A DNA stretch of 64,000 nt from Candidatus Levyibacteriota bacterium (GTDB taxonomy: Bacteria > Patescibacteriota > Microgenomatia > Levybacterales > UBA12049). Under the pieces are notes generated by a model. That model was not told the origin of the DNA. It saw only the letters and a list, made by a program, of their open reading frames with translations, and did no database searches. The translations under genes were made by a program, and so were the position numbers. The DNA lies in NCBI GenBank assembly GCA_963790825.1, contig CAWBPM010000003.1, positions 56,353 through 120,352 on the forward strand. The letters run 5' to 3'. Below are positions 19,154 to 28,904 of this stretch, in pieces; position 1 is the stretch's first letter; every line of letters begins with the position of its first letter.

Positions 19154-20059
19154 TTAACGAATTAATTTTCTCGACAATTTATAAAAACTTTTCTTTAAAG
19201 GATTTTTAGTTTCCTTTATCTGTGCATTCACAAACCAATACTTGCTCTCTTTGTAACTTTTTTCTACCTCGTGTTTTACATTTATGAAAGTGTTTCGCGA
19301 ATCGTCTTCACTAAACTTCTCTTTCTCCCAAATATAACAAAAAATAACAAAGTGGTAGAAAGCCATCAGAAGCGACAGAATAAGTCCATGCATGCCGTCT
19401 TTATAACCTTCCCGGGCAAAAAACCGGGATAGAAATTCCTGTTTTGGAAATCTAATCGCATCCATCATACTGAAAACATAATCTTTTTTTATTTTTTCTT
19501 CGGCTTCGTTCGGAGCATACCTCATCATTTTTTGCAAGAATTGCGAAACTGTTTCATAATTATGATGCAGGATATGTTCCCGCAGATATCCTTTTTCTCC
19601 TGAAATTTGCAATATTTCATGTACATGTTCCGATGCGAATCTTCCCTTACCTTTTTGAAACAAACGTAATTGATAATCCGGATACCAGCCGGTATGTTTT
19701 ATCCATTTTGCAAAAATAATGTTCTTTCTGGGAATATAATAGGCTGCAAATTTTGGCGAATTCAATGTATTTTTTATTTCTTCTGCTAACTCCGGCGTAA
19801 CTTCCTCGTCCGCATCTAGACTAAGAATCCACTCATTTTTTGCGTTTTCAAAGCCTATATTTTTTTGCAGATCAATTTTTGTGGGGTCATTTTTTTGCGT
19901 AATGATATTTCTAGTATACTTTCCTGCAATTGTTGATGTATTATCGGTTGAAGAATTATTAACAAATACTATCTCATCCGCCAGATCTTTGACCGATTCC
20001 AGACAGTCTTTAATTTTTTCTTCTTCATTGAAGGCGCTAATAACGACTGATAATTTCAT
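19154..20059 (-). CDS. Glycosyltransferase family 2
   Basis: The N-terminus reads LSVVISAFNEEEKI...IVFVNNSSTDNT...SLDADE. Confidence 0.8.
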   Translation of the reverse strand: MKLSVVISAFNEEEKIKDCLESVKDLADEIVFVNNSSTDNTSTIAGKYTRNIITQKNDPTKIDLQKNIGFENAKNEWILSLDADEEVTPELAEEIKNTLNSPKFAAYYIPRKNIIFAKWIKHTGWYPDYQLRLFQKGKGRFASEHVHEILQISGEKGYLREHILHHNYETVSQFLQKMMRYAPNEAEEKIKKDYVFSMMDAIRFPKQEFLSRFFAREGYKDGMHGLILSLLMAFYHFVIFCYIWEKEKFSEDDSRNTFINVKHEVEKSYKESKYWFVNAQIKETKNPLKKSFYKLSRKLIR

Positions 20060-20061
20060 GT

Positions 20062-21507
20062 TTATCCATTTCTCTGCAAGATTGCAGCCACATCCGTATG
20101 CAGTTGCTTCCTAGCTATAGCATACAATATACCCAGATACAAGACGATGCCCAAAATAATAATATATACAATATCCATGAGGCTATGAATAAATACTCTG
20201 CCTGAAAACAAAAAGAATATACTGATAATTACAGTCCCTATCGTTGGTTTTAAGATACTTTTTATAAAGTTGAACTTTACCACTTTTCGAACCAGATAAA
20301 TAGTAATTAAAATAGTCAAAGTAATAGTGAAAGAGGCAATCGCAACACCATTGTAGCCGTAAAAATAAATAAGAACCGGTGTTAAAATCCAGGTCATTAC
20401 AGTCCAAAGAAGCATCAGTTGCAAGGTAGTCCGTACCTGACCATTTGCATCAAGAACGTTAATTAAAATGCTTGAGAGAGAAGATATTAATGCGTTTAGC
20501 GAGAAAAATACAATACTGATATAAGAAAGATCCCATTTATCATGCCAAAAATAATGAATCAGACTCGGGGAGAGAATAATGAGTGTCATCATCGTCGGGA
20601 ACATAATAAAACTGGTAAAAAAAAGTGATTTTTCAATTGCCACTGCGAGAACCCGTTTATCCTCCTGCATCCTGGCGTAAGCAGCAAACATGACTTTTGT
20701 CACGCTATCCACTACGTAACGGTAAGGAATAAATGCCAATCTCTGTCCAAATCCTAAGTAACCGATTTGTTGCATCGGCAGAAAACGCGGGAGAACCACT
20801 TGTACCAAGTTATCTTTTAATGCAGCGAGAATATTTTTTGCCTGGAATTGACTGCCAAATTTTAAATGATACAGCGCAGATTTATCTATCTTCATACGTA
20901 TTTTCCAGGGTGAAACAAGATAATACACAGGAATTCCAATCAGGCTTGACAGGAGAAAACCCCAGGTATAACTGACAATGCCATAATTATTAAGAACCAG
21001 AATAATTAAAACGAGGTTAAAGGTAAATGTTTCGGCTATATGAGGAATCACTAATTTTTGAAATTGTATACTCCGCTCAAGAAGAATTGAGGGAATTAAT
21101 TTAAACGAGGAGAGAAAAATCGATAAAATCAAAACGAGGAATAGATATGCACCTGCCGAGTTAAGTCTAAAAAGCTGCGCAAGCTGCGAGAGAAAAACAA
21201 AAGCGAGAATAAAAATGACCAGCGTTATTATAAATTGCAGAGTGAAAACTGTCGTGATATCTTTTTCTTCAAGACTGTCTTTTTTTTGAATTAATGCAGC
21301 CCCAAGTCCAAAATCAGTAAAAAAGCTGATGAGATTCTGGGCATTAATAGCGACCGTATAGATTCCCAAATCAGTAGCCGTTAATTTTTTGGATATGATA
21401 ATAAATGCTGCAATTGAAATAAAATTCAGCAGGAAATTTCGCGAGATTAATGCCAATACTCCACCGACAATCCGTTTCGTAATAGCGTCCAAATCAAGTT
21501 CGTCCAT
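20062..21507 (-). CDS. Wzx-like oligosaccharide flippase (MOP superfamily, polysaccharide biosynthesis protein)
   Basis: A 12-14 TM protein with the GLGAALIQKKD...Polysacc_synt-like pattern. The track start at 21588 overlaps the upstream GT2 by 95 bp. The ATG at 21507 (MDELDLDAITKR) gives a 14-bp overlap and is more plausible. Confidence 0.65.
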   Translation of the reverse strand: MDELDLDAITKRIVGGVLALISRNFLLNFISIAAFIIISKKLTATDLGIYTVAINAQNLISFFTDFGLGAALIQKKDSLEEKDITTVFTLQFIITLVIFILAFVFLSQLAQLFRLNSAGAYLFLVLILSIFLSSFKLIPSILLERSIQFQKLVIPHIAETFTFNLVLIILVLNNYGIVSYTWGFLLSSLIGIPVYYLVSPWKIRMKIDKSALYHLKFGSQFQAKNILAALKDNLVQVVLPRFLPMQQIGYLGFGQRLAFIPYRYVVDSVTKVMFAAYARMQEDKRVLAVAIEKSLFFTSFIMFPTMMTLIILSPSLIHYFWHDKWDLSYISIVFFSLNALISSLSSILINVLDANGQVRTTLQLMLLWTVMTWILTPVLIYFYGYNGVAIASFTITLTILITIYLVRKVVKFNFIKSILKPTIGTVIISIFFLFSGRVFIHSLMDIVYIIILGIVLYLGILYAIARKQLHTDVAAILQRNG

Positions 21508-22210
21508 AATGTAAATCAAACCATAACTGTAAGCTTTCCAAAACTGCCCGGACAATAACGGGGAAATTCGCTCCGCTTTGGGATCCATACTCTCTGGGGT
21601 AATGATTTACCCCAACTTCTTTTATCCTCAGTTTTTTCTTTTTGGCTTTCGCGAGAATTTCAGTCGAGATCATTGCTCCTTCAGAACGCAGGGGCATAAT
21701 TTTATCAACTGCTTCCTTTCTGAACATCTTAAATGCACAGTCAATATCTTGAAAATAAAAATGAAACAAAATAAAATCTCCCAGTTTCAGTAAATACATC
21801 AGAAGTAATCTTTTGAATAAATTATGATCCTGTCTCCTTTTTCTGAAGCCGATTACTAAATCCGCACTATCAATTTTTTCAATAAATTTCGTTATCTCTG
21901 AAAAATCGAATTGTCCATCCCCATCAGTAAATACAATATATTTATACTTAGCGTTGGTAAATCCTTCTTTTAATGCAGCTCCATATCCGCGATTCGGTTT
22001 ATGAGAAATTATCCGAAGATGGGGGTGTTTTTTTACCAGGGTCTCCGCTCTCTTCAGTGTATTATCCGAAGAACCGTCGTCGATTATGATAATTTCCCAT
22101 TTTTGCGAAACATTTGCGGCAATGGGAATTGCTTTCTCGATTACCGAATCGATATTTTTTTCTTCATTCCAAAAAGGAAAAAAGATTGATAATTCAGGAA
22201 GTTTTTCCAT
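21494..22210 (-). CDS. GT2 polyprenyl-phosphate sugar synthase (DPM1-like)
   Basis: The N-terminus reads LSIFFPFWNEEKNI...IIIIDDGSSDNT...GYGAALKEG...VFTDGDGQFD. Confidence 0.8.
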   Translation of the reverse strand: MEKLPELSIFFPFWNEEKNIDSVIEKAIPIAANVSQKWEIIIIDDGSSDNTLKRAETLVKKHPHLRIISHKPNRGYGAALKEGFTNAKYKYIVFTDGDGQFDFSEITKFIEKIDSADLVIGFRKRRQDHNLFKRLLLMYLLKLGDFILFHFYFQDIDCAFKMFRKEAVDKIMPLRSEGAMISTEILAKAKKKKLRIKEVGVNHYPREYGSQSGANFPVIVRAVLESLQLWFDLHYGRT

Positions 22211-23891
22211 ACGTGTTTCTCTTTTTCCGTTCTATTATTATACCAGTTAGAATCCCGACTATACCAGTAATGCTAAGTAAATTCCCCATTTTTTCAACCG
22301 GAGTCTGTATAAATTCGGCTTCAATCGTATGGATTCCTCGCGGTAGTGAAACATCATATCCAAAATTAGTTTCATCCGGAACTATTTTTTGCCGGTCAAG
22401 AAAAAACTGCCAGCTCGGATAGACAGCCAGATTAAAATGGACTACTACTTCGTTTTTATCTTCAGTTTGAACTGATATTCTCTGGGTTTTTTCTGAAATA
22501 GATAGAATTTTACCATTCTTCATAACTACTCTTTGCACCGGGATATCGTGAATAGTCTTTGGTTTTGTAAAACCAATTGGCAAGTACTCGTCGGTAAGCC
22601 GGGACGCATCCCAGCGGACTGCCTGAAGTGACGTATAGTCATTTACCGATTTAAGAAGTATTTTTTGCGGAACGAAGAGCTTTGCTTGCATATAGATCAC
22701 TCCAAAGATAAGAACAACAGCTACTGCCAAAGATGTAGATCGGAATTGTTTAAATATAAATCCCATAAACCAGGTGGTAAAACCGGTAAGAAATGAGGAA
22801 GCAAAAGAGATAAGTATAAGAAACCGCCAGGGATATTGCAGAAAGGCCATCGGCTTTACCAGCTCCCAAAAAGATCTTGAGACATCAAGTGTTAAGAAAA
22901 TTGAGACAATTAATAAAATAATTGCGAAAAGACTGACTGAAAATTTTACCTTGTCTTTTTGAAAAATAAACGGGATAAAAAACAGTGACAAAACAGAAAG
23001 AAGGATTGCCAATTTCCCGATTCTAAAAGATAACCCGTCTATACAACCCGGGCCGGAGCCTCCATATCCCCACGGACTATTCCAAAGCTGTGTTAAGCAT
23101 ACAAAATGTTCATGAAAATCCGCGCTTCCCCCGATTTGCGAAAGGACGTTTGTATACTTAATCTCAGAAAGTGCCGGAAGAAAGTAAAATCCGGAGAGAA
23201 GAACTCCCAATAATAAAGTAGCTCCTAATAAATAGAGTATTTTTTTCTGATTTGCTTTACATGCTTTAAAGCAAAGAACAAGTAATGCGAGAAACAGGAA
23301 GGGCGTAACCATCATTCCGGTCAGATTATGTGACAAAATAATGCCCGAAAACCCAATTGAACCGATAATGACATACCGCCATTTTGGATTTTGATAAACT
23401 TTCCAGATTCCATAAAACGCCAGCGGAATAAAACTGTAGGCGAAAAACTCAGCCACATCTCCCCGAACGTAAATATCAACTGCATGATACGGGGCATACA
23501 AATAAAATAATCCCGCAACAACACCGCCTGTTTTTCCCCAAAATTCCCGGGCCAAAAGATACATTGTAATACCTGAGAAAATAATGCCGAACCCGAACAT
23601 CAGTTTTGTAGCCGTTAATGCATCAAAACCGGTTAACTGAAATATTCCGCCAATATAATATGCCATAGGCCCGTAAAAATTAAAAATAGGATATCCATAT
23701 CCATATCCTAAGTCCGCTACCCAGCGGACCGGGAACATTCCGTCCCCTATTGCTTTGCTCATTTCAAATACCCTGGCAACTTGTGTATTATCATGCATCG
23801 GGAAAAAACCCGCCATAAAAAGCGGCTTGACCGCCCAGTATGACAGACAAAGTAAAATTAATATTGGTATAATTTCCCTAAATTTATACAT
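22194..23891 (-). CDS. Uncharacterised polytopic membrane protein, GT-C-like; paralog family member 1
   Basis: The N-terminal region reads GFFPMHDNTQ...GMFPVRWVADLGYGYGYPIFNFYGP...YAPYHAVDIYVRGDVAEFFAY. It ends in a ~150-aa soluble C-terminal domain and has paralogs at 23909-25567 and 33048-34748. Confidence 0.5.
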   Translation of the reverse strand: MYKFREIIPILILLCLSYWAVKPLFMAGFFPMHDNTQVARVFEMSKAIGDGMFPVRWVADLGYGYGYPIFNFYGPMAYYIGGIFQLTGFDALTATKLMFGFGIIFSGITMYLLAREFWGKTGGVVAGLFYLYAPYHAVDIYVRGDVAEFFAYSFIPLAFYGIWKVYQNPKWRYVIIGSIGFSGIILSHNLTGMMVTPFLFLALLVLCFKACKANQKKILYLLGATLLLGVLLSGFYFLPALSEIKYTNVLSQIGGSADFHEHFVCLTQLWNSPWGYGGSGPGCIDGLSFRIGKLAILLSVLSLFFIPFIFQKDKVKFSVSLFAIILLIVSIFLTLDVSRSFWELVKPMAFLQYPWRFLILISFASSFLTGFTTWFMGFIFKQFRSTSLAVAVVLIFGVIYMQAKLFVPQKILLKSVNDYTSLQAVRWDASRLTDEYLPIGFTKPKTIHDIPVQRVVMKNGKILSISEKTQRISVQTEDKNEVVVHFNLAVYPSWQFFLDRQKIVPDETNFGYDVSLPRGIHTIEAEFIQTPVEKMGNLLSITGIVGILTGIIIERKKRNTYGKTS

Positions 23892-23908
23892 AAGTTAAGA
23901 TGAAAAAG

Positions 23909-25567
23909 TTAAAACTCAAACTTTTGTCTTGGCAACAGACTTAAAAAAATAAGTACGACCAAACCGACTAATGAGATCATATCGCTTACAAGTCTCATTG
24001 GAGTTTCTGAAAATTTACCTATAACAGTGTGCTGCCCCTGTGGAACTGCTATTTCCATTACTCCTAAATCATTAGTATATGTAATTTTGCTGTTTTTATC
24101 ATCCACACTAATATTCCAGCCTGGATAATAAATTGTATTAATTCGTATGAGACTAGCTGACTTAAGATCGAGATTAAAACTTATAAAGTGTGAATTAGAG
24201 GAAATATTCTGAATTTTTCCCTTTCCATTTATAAGTTCTACTTTTTTATCAGGCCTTTGAGACGGTTCTGTTCTCACCCATAACGGCATTAACTCCTGAG
24301 ATGAAGTAGTTGTGGCATCGTTTGTTAAATAATATTGATCTCCTTTGTCAATATAATTAGACGGCTTTGCGTGAGGAAAAATAAGAACCACTGCCAATGC
24401 GCAAAGACAAACAAGGGTGTATTTCATTATCTTATTTTGGATCCACAGGAAACCGGAAAGTAAACTTATCAGAAATCCGATAGGGCTAAGCAGAGTCCAG
24501 GGATAATTAATTTCTTTTAACAAAGGTGTTATCTGCCAAATGACTCCGGTAAAAGAAAACATAAGCAGAATGAAAAGAACTGTTGCTGCTGCTAAAATAG
24601 CTGTAAGTTTAAAATAAAACGTTTTTATTATTTCTCTCTTAATCAACCACAAGTAAAGTAAAAAGCCAATAATTAAGAACAATACAACAATTTGCGCTAA
24701 GCCGATTTGATATGAAAAACCGTCAGGCTGATTGGGAAGACCATATCCCCATTTGGGAATAATGATCTGGTAAAGATGAACAAAATAGATATTCCTGTCC
24801 GCGATAGGAATCTTGGAAAGAAGTATATTGTGTTTTTCAAGAAGTGCAGGTAACCAGAAAAACGCTGACAGTGCGTAGCTTAATATGATAAACAGTAGGG
24901 ACTTTACGAAGCCTTTTCCTTTTGCCAGATATAATTTGAATCCGATAAAAAGAAGAAGAAGCGGCGTAAAAAGCAGTGCCATAATATTATGCGACATAAC
25001 AAGGAGTGCATAACTTATCGGTCCCAAAATGATATAACGGTTAGATTGTTTTTCATCTAATATTTTTGCTGCACAGAAAAGAATAAGCGGGAAAAGAGCA
25101 AACGATAATGACTCTCCCACAGATCCCCTGGCGTAGAGATCGACGATGCGATACGGAAGATATATATACAGAATTGCACTGATAACTCCCGAAAACTTAT
25201 TCTTCCAGACTTCATTTGAAAGCAGATACATGCCGACTCCCGAAATGACAACACTTAGTGCAAATAAAAGCTTTAAACTATTGACAAACCCGAGTTTAAA
25301 AAAATGGAAAAGCGTGCCAATATAATACGGTGCCGGGTAGGTAAAATTAAACAGAGGGTAACCATAACCAAAATTAAGATTTCCGCTGTAGCGTACCGGA
25401 AATTGATGATCCCTGAGACTTCGAAACATATCCCCGAGCCTTACAACAGCCCACTCACCATCGTGCGTCGGAAAGTATCCCGCGTGAAAATAAGGCAGAA
25501 TAACTGGTACTCCGATAATGATTAAAAAAATAATAATGAAAAATGGACTGACAAACCGTTTTATCAT
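23909..25567 (-). CDS. Uncharacterised polytopic membrane protein, GT-C-like; paralog family member 2
   Basis: The N-terminal region reads GYFPTHDGEW...HQFPVRYSGNLNFGYGYPLFNFTYP...YLPYRIVDLYARGSVGESLSF. It sits in tandem with paralog 1. Confidence 0.5.
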   Translation of the reverse strand: MIKRFVSPFFIIIFLIIIGVPVILPYFHAGYFPTHDGEWAVVRLGDMFRSLRDHQFPVRYSGNLNFGYGYPLFNFTYPAPYYIGTLFHFFKLGFVNSLKLLFALSVVISGVGMYLLSNEVWKNKFSGVISAILYIYLPYRIVDLYARGSVGESLSFALFPLILFCAAKILDEKQSNRYIILGPISYALLVMSHNIMALLFTPLLLLFIGFKLYLAKGKGFVKSLLFIILSYALSAFFWLPALLEKHNILLSKIPIADRNIYFVHLYQIIIPKWGYGLPNQPDGFSYQIGLAQIVVLFLIIGFLLYLWLIKREIIKTFYFKLTAILAAATVLFILLMFSFTGVIWQITPLLKEINYPWTLLSPIGFLISLLSGFLWIQNKIMKYTLVCLCALAVVLIFPHAKPSNYIDKGDQYYLTNDATTTSSQELMPLWVRTEPSQRPDKKVELINGKGKIQNISSNSHFISFNLDLKSASLIRINTIYYPGWNISVDDKNSKITYTNDLGVMEIAVPQGQHTVIGKFSETPMRLVSDMISLVGLVVLIFLSLLPRQKFEF

Positions 25568-27216
25568 AATGCGACAATTTTATATGCAACTCTCCCGTCG
25601 GGAAAGCGAATTTCTTCTTTCATTTGTCCAATACCTGCCGGAATTTCAAGCGGCGTACCAATGAGCAGCGTCTTTTTCATGGTTAATTGTTTTGCTGTAA
25701 TATTTGCAAATTCATACTTGCCAATTTTGCGGTAAAATCTGGCAACTATTCCATCTCCGCTATAATTCCAATTCTTCTGATACCACGTCGGATCAATTTT
25801 AGCGTAAAACAAATAATAAATATATGGCTGATCATACGCATAAGTCATAATGATATGCGTATACTCGCTCTCGTGCTGTTTTGCATACATTACCGCCTGC
25901 TTATTACCATATTGCCAAAAATAGCCATATTTAATCGGCGTCTCTACATAGTAACTATATAAATAGTATATTATGTTTAAACAAAACAAGAGGATAATGC
26001 CAACAGTTAATACTCTGCCTGCCAGTTTCTTTTTCTTAAGATATAGCAAACAGCAAATAAAACCGGCTGAAGTAAAAATTTGAAATGCGGGGATCATCGC
26101 AATTGCCCTAACAGGCTGCGGCGTACCGGTTGTGATCGCTGCCGGAAGAGGGGCTAAAAGAAAGAGCAGAAACAAGAGAACAATTCGTCTATTCCTTTTT
26201 TTATATAAAAAAATAATACCCAAAATAATAAAGGGGAAATCCCAAAGATACAGCATTCCCATGTTATATGCATGATGCTGGACACCACCGTCTCCACGGA
26301 GAAAAAGGAAATTAAAATTAAAATGATCAAAGTATCCATTTATAACTTCGGGAATAAAAATAACCCGTCTGTTATATAAAATTTCCTTGATGACGTCGTG
26401 ACTTTTTTTCGCTACCAATTCCTGTTGGGCCGAGAGCTGCTGAAGAGCGGGATCTGAAAAGACTGTCACCATAGAAAGCCTTGCTCCGGTTCCTTGCGAC
26501 TGACTAAAGCTGGTGTAAACAGGTAAACAAGCCAAAATAATAAGCAGTAAAGATACGCTTACAACGAGTTTTTGTTTTAATAAATCTTTATAGAAAAAGA
26601 GGCAGAGAATGACAAGAAGAATTGGATTAATAAGCCGGAAACTATGGTATGAGTAAAGACTTAGAATAAAAAAAACCGCAAAGAGAAGATAATACCGGCT
26701 TTTTTTTATTCCTTTGAAAAAGAAAAGGAGTGCCAAGATAAGAAAACACATACCGATATTACCTTCAAAGGCTGCACGGGAAAATTGCAAATGCCATGGC
26801 GAAACCGCGAGAAAAAAAGACGTCCCGAGTGCGATCCATTGTCTTTTCTGCTTATCCCAGTTCTCCAAAATCTCAAGAACAAAAAAATAGACTGCTATAA
26901 CGGCAAGAACACCGATAATAGCTGCCGGAAAGCGGACGACAAATTCTGTGAGACCGAATAGGGCAATTGCCGGAACTGTTAAATAAATATAAACCGGTGG
27001 TTTATAGTCATCAAATGAGCGAAAACTCAAAGGAAATTTGTTGCCGTACTCGTCAGCACCGGTTTTAAGTATCGAATATGCATTATATCCAATACTTGCC
27101 TCGTCCCAATCAAGACTGGGAGGATTCAGACCAAGCTCATAAAATCGAAGCACGATTGCAAGTACCGTTATGCTTATGAAAAGTAGTAAGATGTAGTACT
27201 TGTGTAGTATATTCAT
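25564..27216 (-). CDS. PMT/ArnT-like GT-C glycosyltransferase (GT39/PMT_2)
   Basis: The N-terminus reads VLRFYELGLNPPSLDWDEASIGYNAYSILKTGADEYGNKFP. It overlaps both flanking genes by 4 bp. Confidence 0.75.
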   Translation of the reverse strand: MNILHKYYILLLFISITVLAIVLRFYELGLNPPSLDWDEASIGYNAYSILKTGADEYGNKFPLSFRSFDDYKPPVYIYLTVPAIALFGLTEFVVRFPAAIIGVLAVIAVYFFVLEILENWDKQKRQWIALGTSFFLAVSPWHLQFSRAAFEGNIGMCFLILALLFFFKGIKKSRYYLLFAVFFILSLYSYHSFRLINPILLVILCLFFYKDLLKQKLVVSVSLLLIILACLPVYTSFSQSQGTGARLSMVTVFSDPALQQLSAQQELVAKKSHDVIKEILYNRRVIFIPEVINGYFDHFNFNFLFLRGDGGVQHHAYNMGMLYLWDFPFIILGIIFLYKKRNRRIVLLFLLFLLAPLPAAITTGTPQPVRAIAMIPAFQIFTSAGFICCLLYLKKKKLAGRVLTVGIILLFCLNIIYYLYSYYVETPIKYGYFWQYGNKQAVMYAKQHESEYTHIIMTYAYDQPYIYYLFYAKIDPTWYQKNWNYSGDGIVARFYRKIGKYEFANITAKQLTMKKTLLIGTPLEIPAGIGQMKEEIRFPDGRVAYKIVAL

Positions 27217-28904
27217 TGTCGTTCGATCAAAATATATGCTGGTTCATTATAGGGATAAGTGATAATATTTTGGCCGTCGAGTGAAACAACATTCCTCATC
27301 GGATAATAAAATGTTTTAATTATTCCGGCATCCAGCGGTAGTTGTTTTCTGTTTGTAATATATAAAGTATTTTTCTCTAAATTAGTAGTCTCATCAATTG
27401 TTTGATACTCAAATTTCCCTGCTTTTGCAAGCGTTACTAACGCGCCGTCTTTTCGATATATTGCTTGTTTTTGATAAGTAGCCGGATCATAACCGCTATA
27501 GAAAAGAAGCGAGGTATAAGAGAAGTCTGTTGATGTGTCAAAAATAATTTTGTTGTATGTTTTTTGATGCTGCATTATATATGTAACAACCTCCGGGTCG
27601 GGAGATCGCCAAGATTGGGCACCAGTTATAGGAAATTGATAGAGGTAAGAAGCGAGAAAATATATGACAGCGTAAAAAACGATAAGGCAGCTTATTATAG
27701 TAGTGATATTTTTTATAAAAGTCATTTTTATTGTACGAATTTTCAGCCAAAGATGTACAATACCGACTGCAGAAAAAATTGTAAACGGCAAAAGAACAAG
27801 GTAGTTTCTCGTCGGTTGCGGTACATCAATGATAAGACAACCAACAATAAGTACCACTGCAAACCATATATATATTGGCTGCCAATATTTTTCTTTTGAT
27901 TTCAGCATGATAAAAAAACCGTATGGTATTGTTATCGCCTCAAAGATGTAAAACATTCCCACATTTCCTATTCCATCAATTAGGTTATCTGCACCATGAA
28001 CAAAGAAAAAATCAACAGAAAAGAATCTGACATAATTGGTAAAATATTGCCAAATAATAAGCGTCCAATTATTAAAAAACAATTTTATGATAGGCAGCGG
28101 AAGCGGAGACAGATTGCTGCGAAAATTAAGGTTTGTCACACGAAAAACATGGCCGATGAGAAGCAGGTCCTGCTGATTATTTATTCCGGACTGAGAAAAT
28201 AGAGTCAGTATGAGGGGAAGTATAGTAACAATTGCAAAAGACAGTGCAGCGACCAGCGCCTTTTTATTAAACCGCATGATGTCCTTCCGGTAAAATAACA
28301 ATAGCAGGACAAAGAGTAACGGCGAGGTAACCCGTGTAACATTATAGGTGTACATCGCAATACCAAACGTGATTATAGACAAAAAAAGGTAGATAATTTT
28401 TTGGGACTGCATACTTTTTATCAACATCCAGACGCCAAGCAATGTAAACATAAACGCCACATTTACTTCAAATGCAGCTCGCGAAAAAAAGATATGCCAT
28501 GGGTTAATTGCCAGTAGCGCAGAAGCAGTTATCGCTATCGCAGTTCGTTTGCTAAGATCTTTGAGGAAAAAATACAAAAAGAGTACAGTAAAAAATCCGG
28601 AAATTGCAGAAAAGAAACGAATGGCAAACGGAGTCATTCCAAACAGTTTTATCGATGCCACAGTCGTATAAATATAAACCGGCAATTTATAGTCATTGAA
28701 CGACTTAAAATACAAAGGCATTTTCACTCCGTATTCATCCCGCCCGGTTTTAAGAATTGAGTATGCGTTGTACCCTATTGCAGTCTCGTCTTTATTTAAT
28801 CCGTTTGGTATTTGGTCAAGATGGTAAAAGCGGAGAAAAAACGCGGAAAAAAATATCAGCAGTAACAACAAGGTGGAATAGCTAATGCGAATGCGGTTAT
28901 TCAT
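27213..28904 (-). CDS. PMT/ArnT-like GT-C glycosyltransferase (GT39/PMT_2)
   Basis: The N-terminus reads FLRFYHLDQIPNGLNKDETAIGYNAYSILKTGRDEYGVKMP. Confidence 0.75.
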   Translation of the reverse strand: MNNRIRISYSTLLLLLIFFSAFFLRFYHLDQIPNGLNKDETAIGYNAYSILKTGRDEYGVKMPLYFKSFNDYKLPVYIYTTVASIKLFGMTPFAIRFFSAISGFFTVLFLYFFLKDLSKRTAIAITASALLAINPWHIFFSRAAFEVNVAFMFTLLGVWMLIKSMQSQKIIYLFLSIITFGIAMYTYNVTRVTSPLLFVLLLLFYRKDIMRFNKKALVAALSFAIVTILPLILTLFSQSGINNQQDLLLIGHVFRVTNLNFRSNLSPLPLPIIKLFFNNWTLIIWQYFTNYVRFFSVDFFFVHGADNLIDGIGNVGMFYIFEAITIPYGFFIMLKSKEKYWQPIYIWFAVVLIVGCLIIDVPQPTRNYLVLLPFTIFSAVGIVHLWLKIRTIKMTFIKNITTIISCLIVFYAVIYFLASYLYQFPITGAQSWRSPDPEVVTYIMQHQKTYNKIIFDTSTDFSYTSLLFYSGYDPATYQKQAIYRKDGALVTLAKAGKFEYQTIDETTNLEKNTLYITNRKQLPLDAGIIKTFYYPMRNVVSLDGQNIITYPYNEPAYILIERQ